Of a stretch of DNA of 27,426 bases, positions 18,117-27,165 are shown piece after piece. The stretch spans positions 1 through 27,426 of the IMG/VR virus record IMGVR_UViG_2671180885_000001; one strand, 5' to 3'. Made by a program: the position numbers and the translations under genes. The notes under the pieces are model-generated. The model saw only the letters and a list, made by a program, of their open reading frames with translations. It did not search any database and was not told the DNA's origin. How positions within the stretch are numbered: the first letter of the stretch is position 1; each line of letters opens with the position of its first letter. Source of the stretch: a virus. Taxonomy: Duplodnaviria; Heunggongvirae; Uroviricota; Caudoviricetes.

Positions 18117-18359
18117 TTACTTACCAACAATGACGCGGAAGTTGGAATGACCGAGGGATTCACGGACCTGATCGGTTTTGTACATTAAATAACGCAGGTT
18201 TACGCGGCCTTTGTTTTTTTCTTTCTTGACCATGTATTTAGCAAGCTGACCATGGTGAATTTTTTGATACACGGAGCCGCGGGAGATACCTTCCCATTCC
18301 GCGAACTCTGCAGGCGTAGCCATCTCTTTTGGTACACGAATTGAAATATCAGTGCTCAT
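18117..18359 (-). CDS. Cox/Apl-like excisionase and transcriptional regulator
   Basis: ORF track 80 aa; HTH-like segment PAEFAEWEGISRGSVYQKIHHGQL; first gene of the early operon, divergent from the repressor. Confidence 0.6.
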   Translation of the reverse strand: MSTDISIRVPKEMATPAEFAEWEGISRGSVYQKIHHGQLAKYMVKKEKNKGRVNLRYLMYKTDQVRESLGHSNFRVIVGK

Positions 18360-18389
18360 AGTGCAGTATCTCCCGATTAAGGTTTGGTT

Positions 18390-18465
18390 TACGTCGTTTT
18401 ATCTCGTTTTACTTGATTCAATATTTGATACATCGAGATACTACGATCCAATATTTGATACGTCA
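18390..18465. promoter_or_regulatory. Lysogeny/lysis switch region with direct-repeat operator candidates
   Basis: Direct repeats CAATATTTGATAC (about 18419 and 18449, 30 bp apart) and TCGTTTTA (twice near 18393-18411) between divergent cox-like and repressor genes. Confidence 0.4.
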
Positions 18466-18478
18466 ACAGGATTAAAAA

Positions 18479-19111
18479 ATGATACAGGTAAAGGTTGGAG
18501 AGAATACAGGGGGAAGAGAGGCTATCCATAGACTAATGGCAGCCTATGATTTCAAGTCCAGACAGCAACTTTGCGATCACTTAGGCGCATCAAAAAGCAC
18601 CATGGCAAACAGATACTTAAGAGATAGTTTTCCTGCAGAGTGGGTGATTCAGTGCGCCTTGGAAACAGGAGTTTCTTTACTGTGGCTAACCACCGGACAG
18701 GGGGAGCCAGGTCCAAACATTGAACCTAAAAAAAATATCAATTCCGTGAACTCCAGCAAGGTTGTACCTCTTTCTGAACTAGTATCTCCTGAAATTGACA
18801 AGGCGACTCTCAACGGTGGTTTATTGGTCGATGCTGGAAAAGCAATCATTGATAGCAGCATACTCCCCTCAGACTCAAGCAACCTACTGCTGGTGACTAC
18901 TTCTGGTGATTCTTATTTAATAGATCGCAACCAAACACCACCAGTAAATGGTATGTGGTTAGTCGATATCGACGGGATAAAAAGCATCGTTAAATTGACT
19001 CGACTCCCGGGAAACAAATTAGTAGTGCATCAGGATGATTCATCGTTTGAGTGCGGTCTGGATGACATTGAGGTAGTAGGCCGCGCACTGAAAATCATTA
19101 AGAGCCTTTGA
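18479..19111 (+). CDS. cI: Immunity repressor, 186 CI-like (N-terminal HTH, C-terminal oligomerisation domain)
   Basis: ORF track 210 aa; far longer than P2 C (about 99 aa) and close to 186 CI (about 190 aa); immediately upstream of int. Confidence 0.65.
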   Translation: MIQVKVGENTGGREAIHRLMAAYDFKSRQQLCDHLGASKSTMANRYLRDSFPAEWVIQCALETGVSLLWLTTGQGEPGPNIEPKKNINSVNSSKVVPLSELVSPEIDKATLNGGLLVDAGKAIIDSSILPSDSSNLLLVTTSGDSYLIDRNQTPPVNGMWLVDIDGIKSIVKLTRLPGNKLVVHQDDSSFECGLDDIEVVGRALKIIKSL

Positions 19112-19112
19112 T

Positions 19113-20132
19113 ATGACCATCAGAAAACAGCCGAACGGAAAATGGTTGTGTGAGTGCTATCCCAATGGACGCAATGGCAAGCGCGTGCGTAAGCAATTTG
19201 CCACGAAAGGCGAAGCCATTGCGTTTGAAAGCTTCACAATGGAAGAAGTGAATAAAAAACCGTGGTTGGGTGAAAAGGATGATCGGCGACGCCTATCAGA
19301 ATTAATTGAGCTTTGGTATTCCCTGTATGGTCAGACACTCGCAGACCCCAAGCGCCTCATGGCGAAACTTAGAATTATCTGTAATGGTCTAGGCGACCCC
19401 ATCGCCTCTGAGCTGACAGCAGGTGATTTCACAAAATATCGGGAAGCCAGATTAAAGGGGGAGGTCCAAAATGAAGACGGTTCGTTCATGTCACCCGTTA
19501 AACCTCGCACAGTTAATCTTGAGCAGCGTAACCTGTCATCGGTGTTCGGTACATTGAAAAAACTAGGGCACTGGTCCGCACCAAACCCGCTGGCAGGGCT
19601 TCCAACCTTCAAAATTGCTGAAGGTGAATTGGCTTTTCTTTCCACGGACGAAATCAAACGCCTGTTGGCTGCATGTGCTGAATCTCAAAGCCCGAGCCTA
19701 CTAATGATTACCAAAATATGCTTAGCTACCGGCGCACGGTGGAGTGAAGCCGAAAAACTGCAGGGCCATCAGTTATCCAAATACCGCATCACTTATACCA
19801 AGACGAAGGGCAAGAAAAACCGTACCGTGCCGATATCTCAGGAGCTGTACAACGAACTTCCTAAAAACCGAGGGAAGTTATTCTCGCCATGCAGAAAAGC
19901 CTTTGAGCGTGCAGTAAAGCGGGCCGGTATTGAGCTTCCAGAGGGTCAATGCACCCATGTATTACGTCATACATTTGCCAGCCATTTTATGATGAACGGA
20001 GGAAACATACTTGTTCTTAAAGAGATTCTCGGTCATACAGATATAAAAATGACAATGGTTTATTCTCATTTTTCCCCAGACCATCTTGAAGATGCCGTTA
20101 CCAAAAACCCTTTACATATGTTAACTATTTGA
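19113..20132 (+). CDS. int: Tyrosine integrase (P2 Int family)
   Basis: ORF track 339 aa; C-terminal catalytic region HVLRHTFAS...LGH...Y; position next to att. Confidence 0.9.
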   Translation: MTIRKQPNGKWLCECYPNGRNGKRVRKQFATKGEAIAFESFTMEEVNKKPWLGEKDDRRRLSELIELWYSLYGQTLADPKRLMAKLRIICNGLGDPIASELTAGDFTKYREARLKGEVQNEDGSFMSPVKPRTVNLEQRNLSSVFGTLKKLGHWSAPNPLAGLPTFKIAEGELAFLSTDEIKRLLAACAESQSPSLLMITKICLATGARWSEAEKLQGHQLSKYRITYTKTKGKKNRTVPISQELYNELPKNRGKLFSPCRKAFERAVKRAGIELPEGQCTHVLRHTFASHFMMNGGNILVLKEILGHTDIKMTMVYSHFSPDHLEDAVTKNPLHMLTI

Positions 20133-20142
20133 GCTTATCAAA

Positions 20143-21363
20143 ATGGATATTAAAAACAAAGTCAATAAAGAAAAGTTATTTGAGAACCATTTAAACTCAT
20201 TATTAAAACAAGTCATTTCCGAACCAAAATTAAACCCTCCACTTATAGTACATAGAGATATAATAAGTGACTTCACTGAACGTTGCGATAAGTATCTAAA
20301 AACAATAATTAAATACAAAAGCAACAATAAAGATGGGATGCCGAATTTTGATGAATTAATCAGCAAAGCTAAGAACATTCAAAATGGAATAACATTATCA
20401 CTTGAAAGTTTTTTATCCGGTGATATCAAGTCAGCATATGACCACTTTGATAAAACATTCTCTGATAACTCAACAATCCAACACATACATCGCATCACTA
20501 CTCCACTCAGTAGCATTTGCAATCATAAAAAACCATTATTTCGAGTTAGAAAAAGTGAAAATCCTCTAACGTCAAGAGATGAAATTTTCCATATTCCATT
20601 CTCCAATAGACATTTTGTTAGTGCACAAAGATATTCAGTCGCTGGCTTACCATGTTTATATCTTGGCACTTCTGTTTATGTTTGTTGGCAGGAGATGGAA
20701 AAACCAGATTTTGACAAGCTTTTTATTTCATCATTTACTACCAGTGAAACTGAATATAAAGTCTTAAACTTTGCATCACAGCTTTTGTTACATCCCTCAC
20801 CAAATTACGCTGACGAAAATAAACTAGCCGAAACAAATAGAGTAAAGGCCTCTTATCTCATTTTCTGGCCTTTAATTATTGCATGTAATTATTTAAAAAA
20901 TCATCGTTCTGCAACATTCATACAAGAGTACATTATCCCTAATTTGTTGATGCAATGGATTAGTAGAAAAACTTACTCGAAAATTGTCGGTGTAGCTTAC
21001 TTCTCTACAAAAATGCCTAATTCACGATTAAGTAACCGCTCAATAAATGTTGTATTTCCACCCAAAGTTACATATGAACAAACGGTAAAACAAAATTTTT
21101 GCCCTAAACTCTCCACATTATTCGACTTTACGCCACCTATTTCGTGGCAGGTCTTAAAAACATTAGATCATTCATCAATAACAGAAAATTCAATAGAATT
21201 GATGATGTCAAAGAGATATCTTCAAAGTCAAGAAAAACTGTCTGGAATTAAAAACTTCGAAGAGGACATTGTAAAACTATACCCCTTAACTGATTTTTAC
21301 AAACTCGAAAGAAGTATTGATATGCTATTTGAATATAAAAAGATAGATAACCCCATACTATAA
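20143..21363 (+). CDS. AT-rich cargo protein of unknown function with RES-domain-like motifs
   Basis: ORF track 406 aa; markedly lower G+C by eye than all flanking phage genes; blocks LFRVRK, RYSVAGLPCLYLGTSVYVCWQEM and GVAYFSTK resemble the Arg, Glu and Ser blocks of RES-domain toxins (from memory, not searched). Confidence 0.55.
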   Translation: MDIKNKVNKEKLFENHLNSLLKQVISEPKLNPPLIVHRDIISDFTERCDKYLKTIIKYKSNNKDGMPNFDELISKAKNIQNGITLSLESFLSGDIKSAYDHFDKTFSDNSTIQHIHRITTPLSSICNHKKPLFRVRKSENPLTSRDEIFHIPFSNRHFVSAQRYSVAGLPCLYLGTSVYVCWQEMEKPDFDKLFISSFTTSETEYKVLNFASQLLLHPSPNYADENKLAETNRVKASYLIFWPLIIACNYLKNHRSATFIQEYIIPNLLMQWISRKTYSKIVGVAYFSTKMPNSRLSNRSINVVFPPKVTYEQTVKQNFCPKLSTLFDFTPPISWQVLKTLDHSSITENSIELMMSKRYLQSQEKLSGIKNFEEDIVKLYPLTDFYKLERSIDMLFEYKKIDNPIL

Positions 21364-21478
21364 AACTGGCGACAAATTGGCGGCAGAACTTTAAAATCAC
21401 ATAAAACAGCCAAACACAAGATAAGACTAATTCACTGATTTAAAAAGTAAATATCTATTTTCACTATAATATAAATGG

Positions 21479-21525
21479 TATGTAGGAATTTCGGACGCGG
21501 GTTCAACTCCCGCCAGCTCCACCAA
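21479..21525 (+). other. Prophage attachment core (attR) = duplicated 3'-terminal about 47 nt of ssrA (tmRNA), ending CCA
   Basis: ATGTAGGAATTTCGGACGCGGGTTCAACTCCCGCCAGCTCCACCA matches the E. coli tmRNA 3' end (T-arm, acceptor stem, CCA); upstream sequence is not ssrA, so this is a partial copy. Confidence 0.8.
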
Positions 21526-21651
21526 TCATGATTGGACGGTGTAAGGACAACACCAACAAAAACAGGAAGTTAGAAGTCTCAGCAAAACACCGACCAGACG
21601 GTGAGGAGACATAAAAGGATACGCAAAGGAGCCGCGGCTCCTGGTAACATG

Positions 21652-21676
21652 AAAGCCCACAGATGTGGGCTTTTTC
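21652..21676 (+). terminator. Intrinsic terminator hairpin between attR and the autotransporter gene
   Basis: AAAGCCCAC-AGAT-GTGGGCTTT followed by TTTTT. Confidence 0.5.
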
Positions 21677-21684
21677 GTTGATGG

Positions 21685-24600
21685 TCAGAACGACCAGTTC
21701 ACACCAGCTACCGCGTTCCACGGGGATTCCACACCGGCACTATGGCTATACCCCACCCCAAGATGCCCGCTTAACGTACTGCTGAATGAGGCTTTAATAC
21801 CTGCCTGGTATATTCCACGTCTGCCCGACAAATAATTGACGAAATTACCGTCACTATTCACTTTCACCCGGTTATCATCGACAAATTCTTTGCGCACAGC
21901 CGCCTTCAGCCACGGCTCAACTTCCATACCGTTCCCCAGACGCATGTTGTAACTCAGCGTTGCGCCCAGTTCACGATATATACTGCGGGTATCGACTGAT
22001 TTCGATTTCATGCCATTGGATAAATGATATTCGGGGTTATCAGCGGTGAACCCCGTTAACGATGCATACGGCGTCAGGTTCCAGTTACCATCGGTAAATC
22101 GCATCCCGGTTTCAATGTGACCGCCCAGCCCGTTGCTGTGGTAACTGCCATTGGCGGCTCCACCGCTGCTCATTTTACCTGCTACGTTACTTTTAAAACG
22201 GTTCAGCTTCACGACACCGTCCAGATAGAAACCACTTTCATGTTCCCAACTGGCATAGCCGCCCAGAGAATAACTGCCCACACTGCCATATCCTCCGCGA
22301 TCAAAACCGATATGTGAATGGGAATAGCCCATAAAAGCGCCTAGCGTGGTAATTCCTTCAGGAATATCATTACGGCTGTCGATCCCCACTGTCATTCCGG
22401 TCAGCGTCTGCTCAAACCCGGCACCCGCATCGGTGGTGACATTATTACGGGTGTTATACGTCGCCCCCCAGACATTATTGTTGTGTGGACTCGCTTTCAT
22501 TATGTTCAACCGCTCGCGAATACTGTTTAGCTCAGCATCAAATACCAACGGTAATGTTGCTGCCATATTGAGTACGGCTGCCGTAGAAGGCGTAATGCGT
22601 TTCTCCGGAACGGGTGTCGGCGTTGGATCGGGAGTAGGGTCTGGTTTTGGATTTGGGTCTGGCTTTGGATCGGGTTTTGGGTCTGGCTTTGGATTTGGGA
22701 TGGGGTCCGGGTTGGGTTTGACATCATTGGTCAGGTTCCAGTTGCTGTTGCCGTCACTTTTCAGGACATACTCATAGGTCCCAAGATCAACGAAACCGCC
22801 GGTATTGCCCAGCGTAAACGAAGCATCCCCTCCCCCTGTTTTCACCAGCGTCATCGCGTCGTCAGACTGTGGGCTGACGCCGGTATCCTGAACAAAGATT
22901 TTAAAATTACCAGTGGCGTTGTTGTTGACGACCAGTTGATCGCCCCGGGAGCCTGCAACGTTGGTATGCAGGTAGAAATTACCGCTACCGGAAAGTTCAT
23001 TGGTTGTCAGCGTATTGTAGATACCGTTAGTTGTGGCAGGCGCTGCTGTTTGTGCTGACAAATAAACATCACCGTCGTTGAGTAGCAAACTGTTTACTCT
23101 ATATTCGCAGTTGCTGGTACCTGCACAGGAATTATTGCTGTTAAGCCAGACACTGCCCCGGCTGGCAGCCGTCAGGTCGGCAAGCGTGGTATCGACGCCA
23201 TTTCCCAGAGTCAATGTCGCGCTATCGGTAATCCGGACCGCCCCTTCGAGTTTAACTGGCGTAACATTATCCCGTGGCGTCATTAACGACAGGCTTCCTG
23301 TCGCGCCACTGACCGATGCATCCGCCAGCGTACCTGCGTAGACGATTGCCGTACCGCCAGCGACCTGGAGATCTTCTGCCCGGGCCAGAGCCTGAAACTC
23401 ATCTTTTGACCGCCCAAGGGTATATTGCCCGCCAGAGTTAACCTTTGTGGCGGAGTCCTGACCCAGGTTTTGCATTGCCCCACCCTTGCCAACCGTGGAG
23501 TCGCGAGCTTCGGTACCTGCTAATACCAATAAATTACCGCCATTTTCCAGCAACATATTGGTCGCTAAATTGCCGGAAATGGAAAAAGTACCGTACTGGT
23601 GAGTACCGCTGATTTCAATACCGTTAGCCGTGCTCGTCTGGAGAGCGGCACCGCTGTTCTGGACGATATCTGTCGCTTTGCCATTATCGTTGACTGTCAG
23701 CGTACCGCCTTCATTGATCTTTGTTTTTATTGCCTCTCCGTTAGCTGAAACTGTTTGTATTCCGCCGTCGTTAATTGTTGTCTCATTCGCCACACCCTCG
23801 ACAATTTGTTCACCGCCGGTGAGCGTCGTGCCTGTCGCAGTGGCTTTTGTTTTGACGATCTCCCGTCCGCCCATATTGACCTGTGTTTTGTCAGAAGAGG
23901 TGTCTGACTCCACGGTTAACACGCCGCCATTTGCCAGCAGGATATTGTTCGCCGCACCCTGCTCGATGCTGAACGCGACGCCATCCGCGCGTGTTCCTGT
24001 GACCCGCGTCGCCCTGGTGGTTGCAACCAAAGCGCCCTGGCTACTCTGCTGTATCCCCGTTGCGCTGCCTTTCTCCCGCACATCGAGTGTGCCGCCGTCA
24101 TTAAGCACCGAGTTTTCAGCCAGACCGCCCTCATTAACTACCTGTGAACCCCCATTAATAATGGAACCTTCCGCTGTCCCGTTTGCCATAATTTGTTGTA
24201 GGCCAGAGACGATATCGGTATTGATTGCCTTACCATAATTCTGAACGGTTTGCGTGCCACCATTGATGTGTGTTTTCTCTGTTGACCCACCATCAACAAT
24301 TTGTTCACCACTTTCGATATTTGCTTCAGTGGCTAAACCATATACCGTTTGCTTGCCACCTTTGATATTTGCTTTATCAGAAGTGGCACTGGCATATATT
24401 GTTTGGGTGCCAGCACTATTGAGTACAGTGCCAACATCTTTTCCATAAACATCCATTTTGCCGTTGGCATTAATAATCGTGTCAACTGCCCGGGAACCAG
24501 TGACGACTGTTAATGAGCCAGCGTTTTCCAGCACTACATTTTTAGCTTCTGAATTCCTGATGTAGAAAGCATCACCATAACTGTTGGTTCCTTCGATAAG

Positions 24601-26265
24601 TGTTCCGGAGGTCGTGGAAGCAATTAATGCGCCGCCGGATTGTTGCTCAACATGCTTAGCCTCACCACCGTCCTGAACCTCCAGAACGCCGCCATTATTA
24701 AGTCTGGTGCTATCTGTTTTAGCCTCCTTCTGGACAATCAGCTTACCGCCAGTATCAATGGTAGTATTTTTCGCCGAGGTTTTAGCCACTACCGTCAGTT
24801 CGCCGGTATTTTCCAGCACAACATAATTAGCCTCCCCTCCGGTAATAGTGAAGTGAGAGAGCTTGTTGTATCCTTCGATATCAGTCCCTGCACCCGTGTT
24901 GGCAACTAAAGCACTGCCCGTCTCCTGGTTAACCCCATGTGCAATACCGCCGGTATAGACAATCAGCGAGCCTCCGGCGCTAATATTGCTGCCAATTGCC
25001 GTACCATCTTTCTCAACAACCTGCCGGCTCCCGGAGGATATAATTGTTGTGTCAGCTTTCCCGCCGCTTTTGATATTTTGCGTTCCGCTGTTGATATTGG
25101 TGCCTGTGGCTATGCCATAATTATTAATATTCTGTGTGCCACCATTAATTATGGTATTTGTCGCGTTTCCTGCAACATCCATAACCCCGCCATTATCTAT
25201 TCGGGTCGCATCAGCTTTAGCATTGGTTAAAACTGACATTGTTCCTTTATCTTTAATAATCGTCTTGTTTGCCGAACCATATGCGTTTATGTCTAAATGA
25301 CCACCGTTTTCCAGCAACACATTGTCTGCCACGTGATTGTGGATGGAGAATGCACCTTCACTATTCGTACCGCTCACCGTCGTACCGTTAGTGTTAGTTT
25401 TTAAAATTGCACCATCGTGCTGGGTAACATTTGTTGCCGTACCACCACTAACATCAAGCACGCCACCAGAATAAACTTCAATAACATCCGAGGTGCTGGT
25501 GTTATCAACAATTTGCGTGCCACCAGAATAGATATGCGTATTTTTTGCCGTTGACTTACTATTCAGAGACTGAGTTCCGCCTTCAATCGTCGTGTCCAGC
25601 GCACGGCTCTCATATACTCTTTGCTCACCGCCATTTTTAATGGTTGTTGTTTCTACTGTGCTCTGTTCAACATACTGTCGACCACCATTTATGGTTGTGT
25701 TCGTTGCCAGACTTCCTTGTACTACGTCCTGAGAGCCAGACTTATTTATCGTTGTACCATCAGCATGCCCTTGAACTTTTACTATCTGGCTACCACCATC
25801 AATGAGTATTCCATTCGCACTCCCTCCCTCTACGCGTGAAGCACCGCCCTTAATTGTCGTTCCATTGCTGATACCCCCTTTATAAACGTCCTGATTGCCA
25901 CTCTCGATTGTCGTACCTGTGGAAATACCCCCGTCATGAATTGACTGTCTGCCACCGTTAATGGTTGTATTATTAGCCTGCCCCACAAAATTGTTATGAC
26001 TTCCTATATCTTGATATCCACCAGATTCAATAAGACTTCCATTAGATACCCCGCCATGAACATTCTGCTGGCCATGGTTGATAATATGAGTGTTATTTGT
26101 TGTACCTCGTTCATCCACTTTTTGGTTGCCATCTACAGTCTCATCGTTTACCACACCAATAACATTAGTAGTGAAGGCAGCCATCCCGGGCGGGGCATAT
26201 ATCAAGGCAGATATCAATAAGGAAAGTACTGAGCGGCGACAATAATAGGGACTGGTCCTGTTCAT
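21685..26265 (-). CDS. ypjA: AIDA-I-type autotransporter adhesin (YpjA-like): signal peptide, long beta-helical passenger, Pro-rich linker, C-terminal beta-barrel
   Basis: ORF track 21685..26394; start at 26265 (MNRTSPYYCRRSVL) has GAGGA about 8 nt upstream and gives about 1526 aa; repetitive GG/T/N-rich passenger, PNPDPKPDP linker, C-terminus ending NWSF; chromosomal context beside ssrA island end matches K-12 ypjA. Confidence 0.75.
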   Translation of the reverse strand: MNRTSPYYCRRSVLSLLISALIYAPPGMAAFTTNVIGVVNDETVDGNQKVDERGTTNNTHIINHGQQNVHGGVSNGSLIESGGYQDIGSHNNFVGQANNTTINGGRQSIHDGGISTGTTIESGNQDVYKGGISNGTTIKGGASRVEGGSANGILIDGGSQIVKVQGHADGTTINKSGSQDVVQGSLATNTTINGGRQYVEQSTVETTTIKNGGEQRVYESRALDTTIEGGTQSLNSKSTAKNTHIYSGGTQIVDNTSTSDVIEVYSGGVLDVSGGTATNVTQHDGAILKTNTNGTTVSGTNSEGAFSIHNHVADNVLLENGGHLDINAYGSANKTIIKDKGTMSVLTNAKADATRIDNGGVMDVAGNATNTIINGGTQNINNYGIATGTNINSGTQNIKSGGKADTTIISSGSRQVVEKDGTAIGSNISAGGSLIVYTGGIAHGVNQETGSALVANTGAGTDIEGYNKLSHFTITGGEANYVVLENTGELTVVAKTSAKNTTIDTGGKLIVQKEAKTDSTRLNNGGVLEVQDGGEAKHVEQQSGGALIASTTSGTLIEGTNSYGDAFYIRNSEAKNVVLENAGSLTVVTGSRAVDTIINANGKMDVYGKDVGTVLNSAGTQTIYASATSDKANIKGGKQTVYGLATEANIESGEQIVDGGSTEKTHINGGTQTVQNYGKAINTDIVSGLQQIMANGTAEGSIINGGSQVVNEGGLAENSVLNDGGTLDVREKGSATGIQQSSQGALVATTRATRVTGTRADGVAFSIEQGAANNILLANGGVLTVESDTSSDKTQVNMGGREIVKTKATATGTTLTGGEQIVEGVANETTINDGGIQTVSANGEAIKTKINEGGTLTVNDNGKATDIVQNSGAALQTSTANGIEISGTHQYGTFSISGNLATNMLLENGGNLLVLAGTEARDSTVGKGGAMQNLGQDSATKVNSGGQYTLGRSKDEFQALARAEDLQVAGGTAIVYAGTLADASVSGATGSLSLMTPRDNVTPVKLEGAVRITDSATLTLGNGVDTTLADLTAASRGSVWLNSNNSCAGTSNCEYRVNSLLLNDGDVYLSAQTAAPATTNGIYNTLTTNELSGSGNFYLHTNVAGSRGDQLVVNNNATGNFKIFVQDTGVSPQSDDAMTLVKTGGGDASFTLGNTGGFVDLGTYEYVLKSDGNSNWNLTNDVKPNPDPIPNPKPDPKPDPKPDPNPKPDPTPDPTPTPVPEKRITPSTAAVLNMAATLPLVFDAELNSIRERLNIMKASPHNNNVWGATYNTRNNVTTDAGAGFEQTLTGMTVGIDSRNDIPEGITTLGAFMGYSHSHIGFDRGGYGSVGSYSLGGYASWEHESGFYLDGVVKLNRFKSNVAGKMSSGGAANGSYHSNGLGGHIETGMRFTDGNWNLTPYASLTGFTADNPEYHLSNGMKSKSVDTRSIYRELGATLSYNMRLGNGMEVEPWLKAAVRKEFVDDNRVKVNSDGNFVNYLSGRRGIYQAGIKASFSSTLSGHLGVGYSHSAGVESPWNAVAGVNWSF
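22610..22720 (-). repeat. In-frame tandem repeat encoding the (P-D/N-P-K/T) linker of the autotransporter
   Basis: Reiterated GGGTCTGGCTTTGGAT-like units on the plus strand, about 6 bp periodicity. Confidence 0.5.
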
Positions 26266-26649
26266 AAATTTCATCCTCTGAAAAGTGAATACTGAGTAGC
26301 GTTTAAGCGACCTTAGCTTTGCTGCAACATCAGCCCACAGGCACCAGACCAGGGGATTCATCCTGAAGAGACAGCGCAAGTGTATTGTGTTCACCGCTCA
26401 TCAAAGACATCATGATGAAATGATGATATTCCGCATAAGAATGAGGCATTTTTTAAACGCAGTGCGCTGAAGTGTGGTTGGATAAAAAAGTCAATCCATT
26501 CAGGAAATACGGGCGTATTCTTTTCTTTCGACAATGAGGCCGTTGGCAAAATAAAATGATTTACATAATCGTTTCTGATGAATATCTTCTGCTCACATAA
26601 AAATCACACAATAACTTTGAGATCGCAGATTGTTTTACTTTTACAGCAT

Positions 26650-26790
26650 TCGTCCCCCCATTGTTGGGCAAATATAGATTGGGCCAGAGCACGAAAGTTA
26701 ATACCACGTTCGCACAGCTCCTCCAACAGCACGACAAGATGCCACATACTGCGCCCCAGTCGGTTCAGTTTACAGACTAGCAGTGCGTTC
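26650..26790 (-). pseudogene. Serine recombinase (Hin/Gin/Pin-type DNA invertase) fragment
   Basis: Minus-strand translation [38 protein letters not shown] resembles the invertase core (WKLDRLGRSM...ELRERGINFRSLTDSI); no intact ORF; K-12 has a pinH remnant next to ypjA. Confidence 0.5.
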
Positions 26791-26814
26791 CCTGCCGATG
26801 ATGTCCTGACCAGT

Positions 26815-26900
26815 TTTTTCAGTCCGGACCTCCTGCCACGGTTTTACGTTGAAGTGGTAACCCTGAGCACGCAGTTCTTCAGTCAGGCGTGGTGCACCGT
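26815..26900 (-). pseudogene. Short IS3-family transposase OrfB-like fragment
   Basis: Minus-strand translation [22 protein letters not shown] resembles the IS3 OrfB N-terminal region; flanked by a stop and non-homologous sequence. Confidence 0.3.
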
Positions 26901-27165
26901 AACGCTGTTATTGCTGGGTAAGATCAAAAAACTTTCAGGCAGCTAAGGAAAGTTGAACCAGACATTAGATGAAATATTTCAACCAATTACAGCACCAATT
27001 CAGTCACTGCCAGCCCACCAAATAAATCAAGGGGTTACATGAAAACGTAGCCCCTTTTTCTTTGGTAGTGACACTAAAATGGATGTAGTGTGAAGAATAA
27101 TCCCGTTTACTCAATCAATAATACATATTGTTTCAATCTACGTTATTATCTCTTTGTAAAAATTG

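Noticed and set aside
20121-20378. 85-aa minus-strand ORF overlapping the start of the cargo gene
   Set aside because: Low-complexity Leu/Ile/Ser-rich translation typical of antisense reading through AT-rich DNA; the plus-strand 406-aa ORF explains the region.
21479-21525. Annotating this as a tRNA or tmRNA gene
   Set aside because: Only the 3'-terminal about 47 nt of ssrA is present; upstream sequence is unrelated AT-rich phage DNA, so it is an att core duplication, not a functional RNA gene.
26578-26946. 122-aa plus-strand ORF
   Set aside because: Runs antisense across the invertase and IS3-like remnants; no recognisable features; likely spurious.
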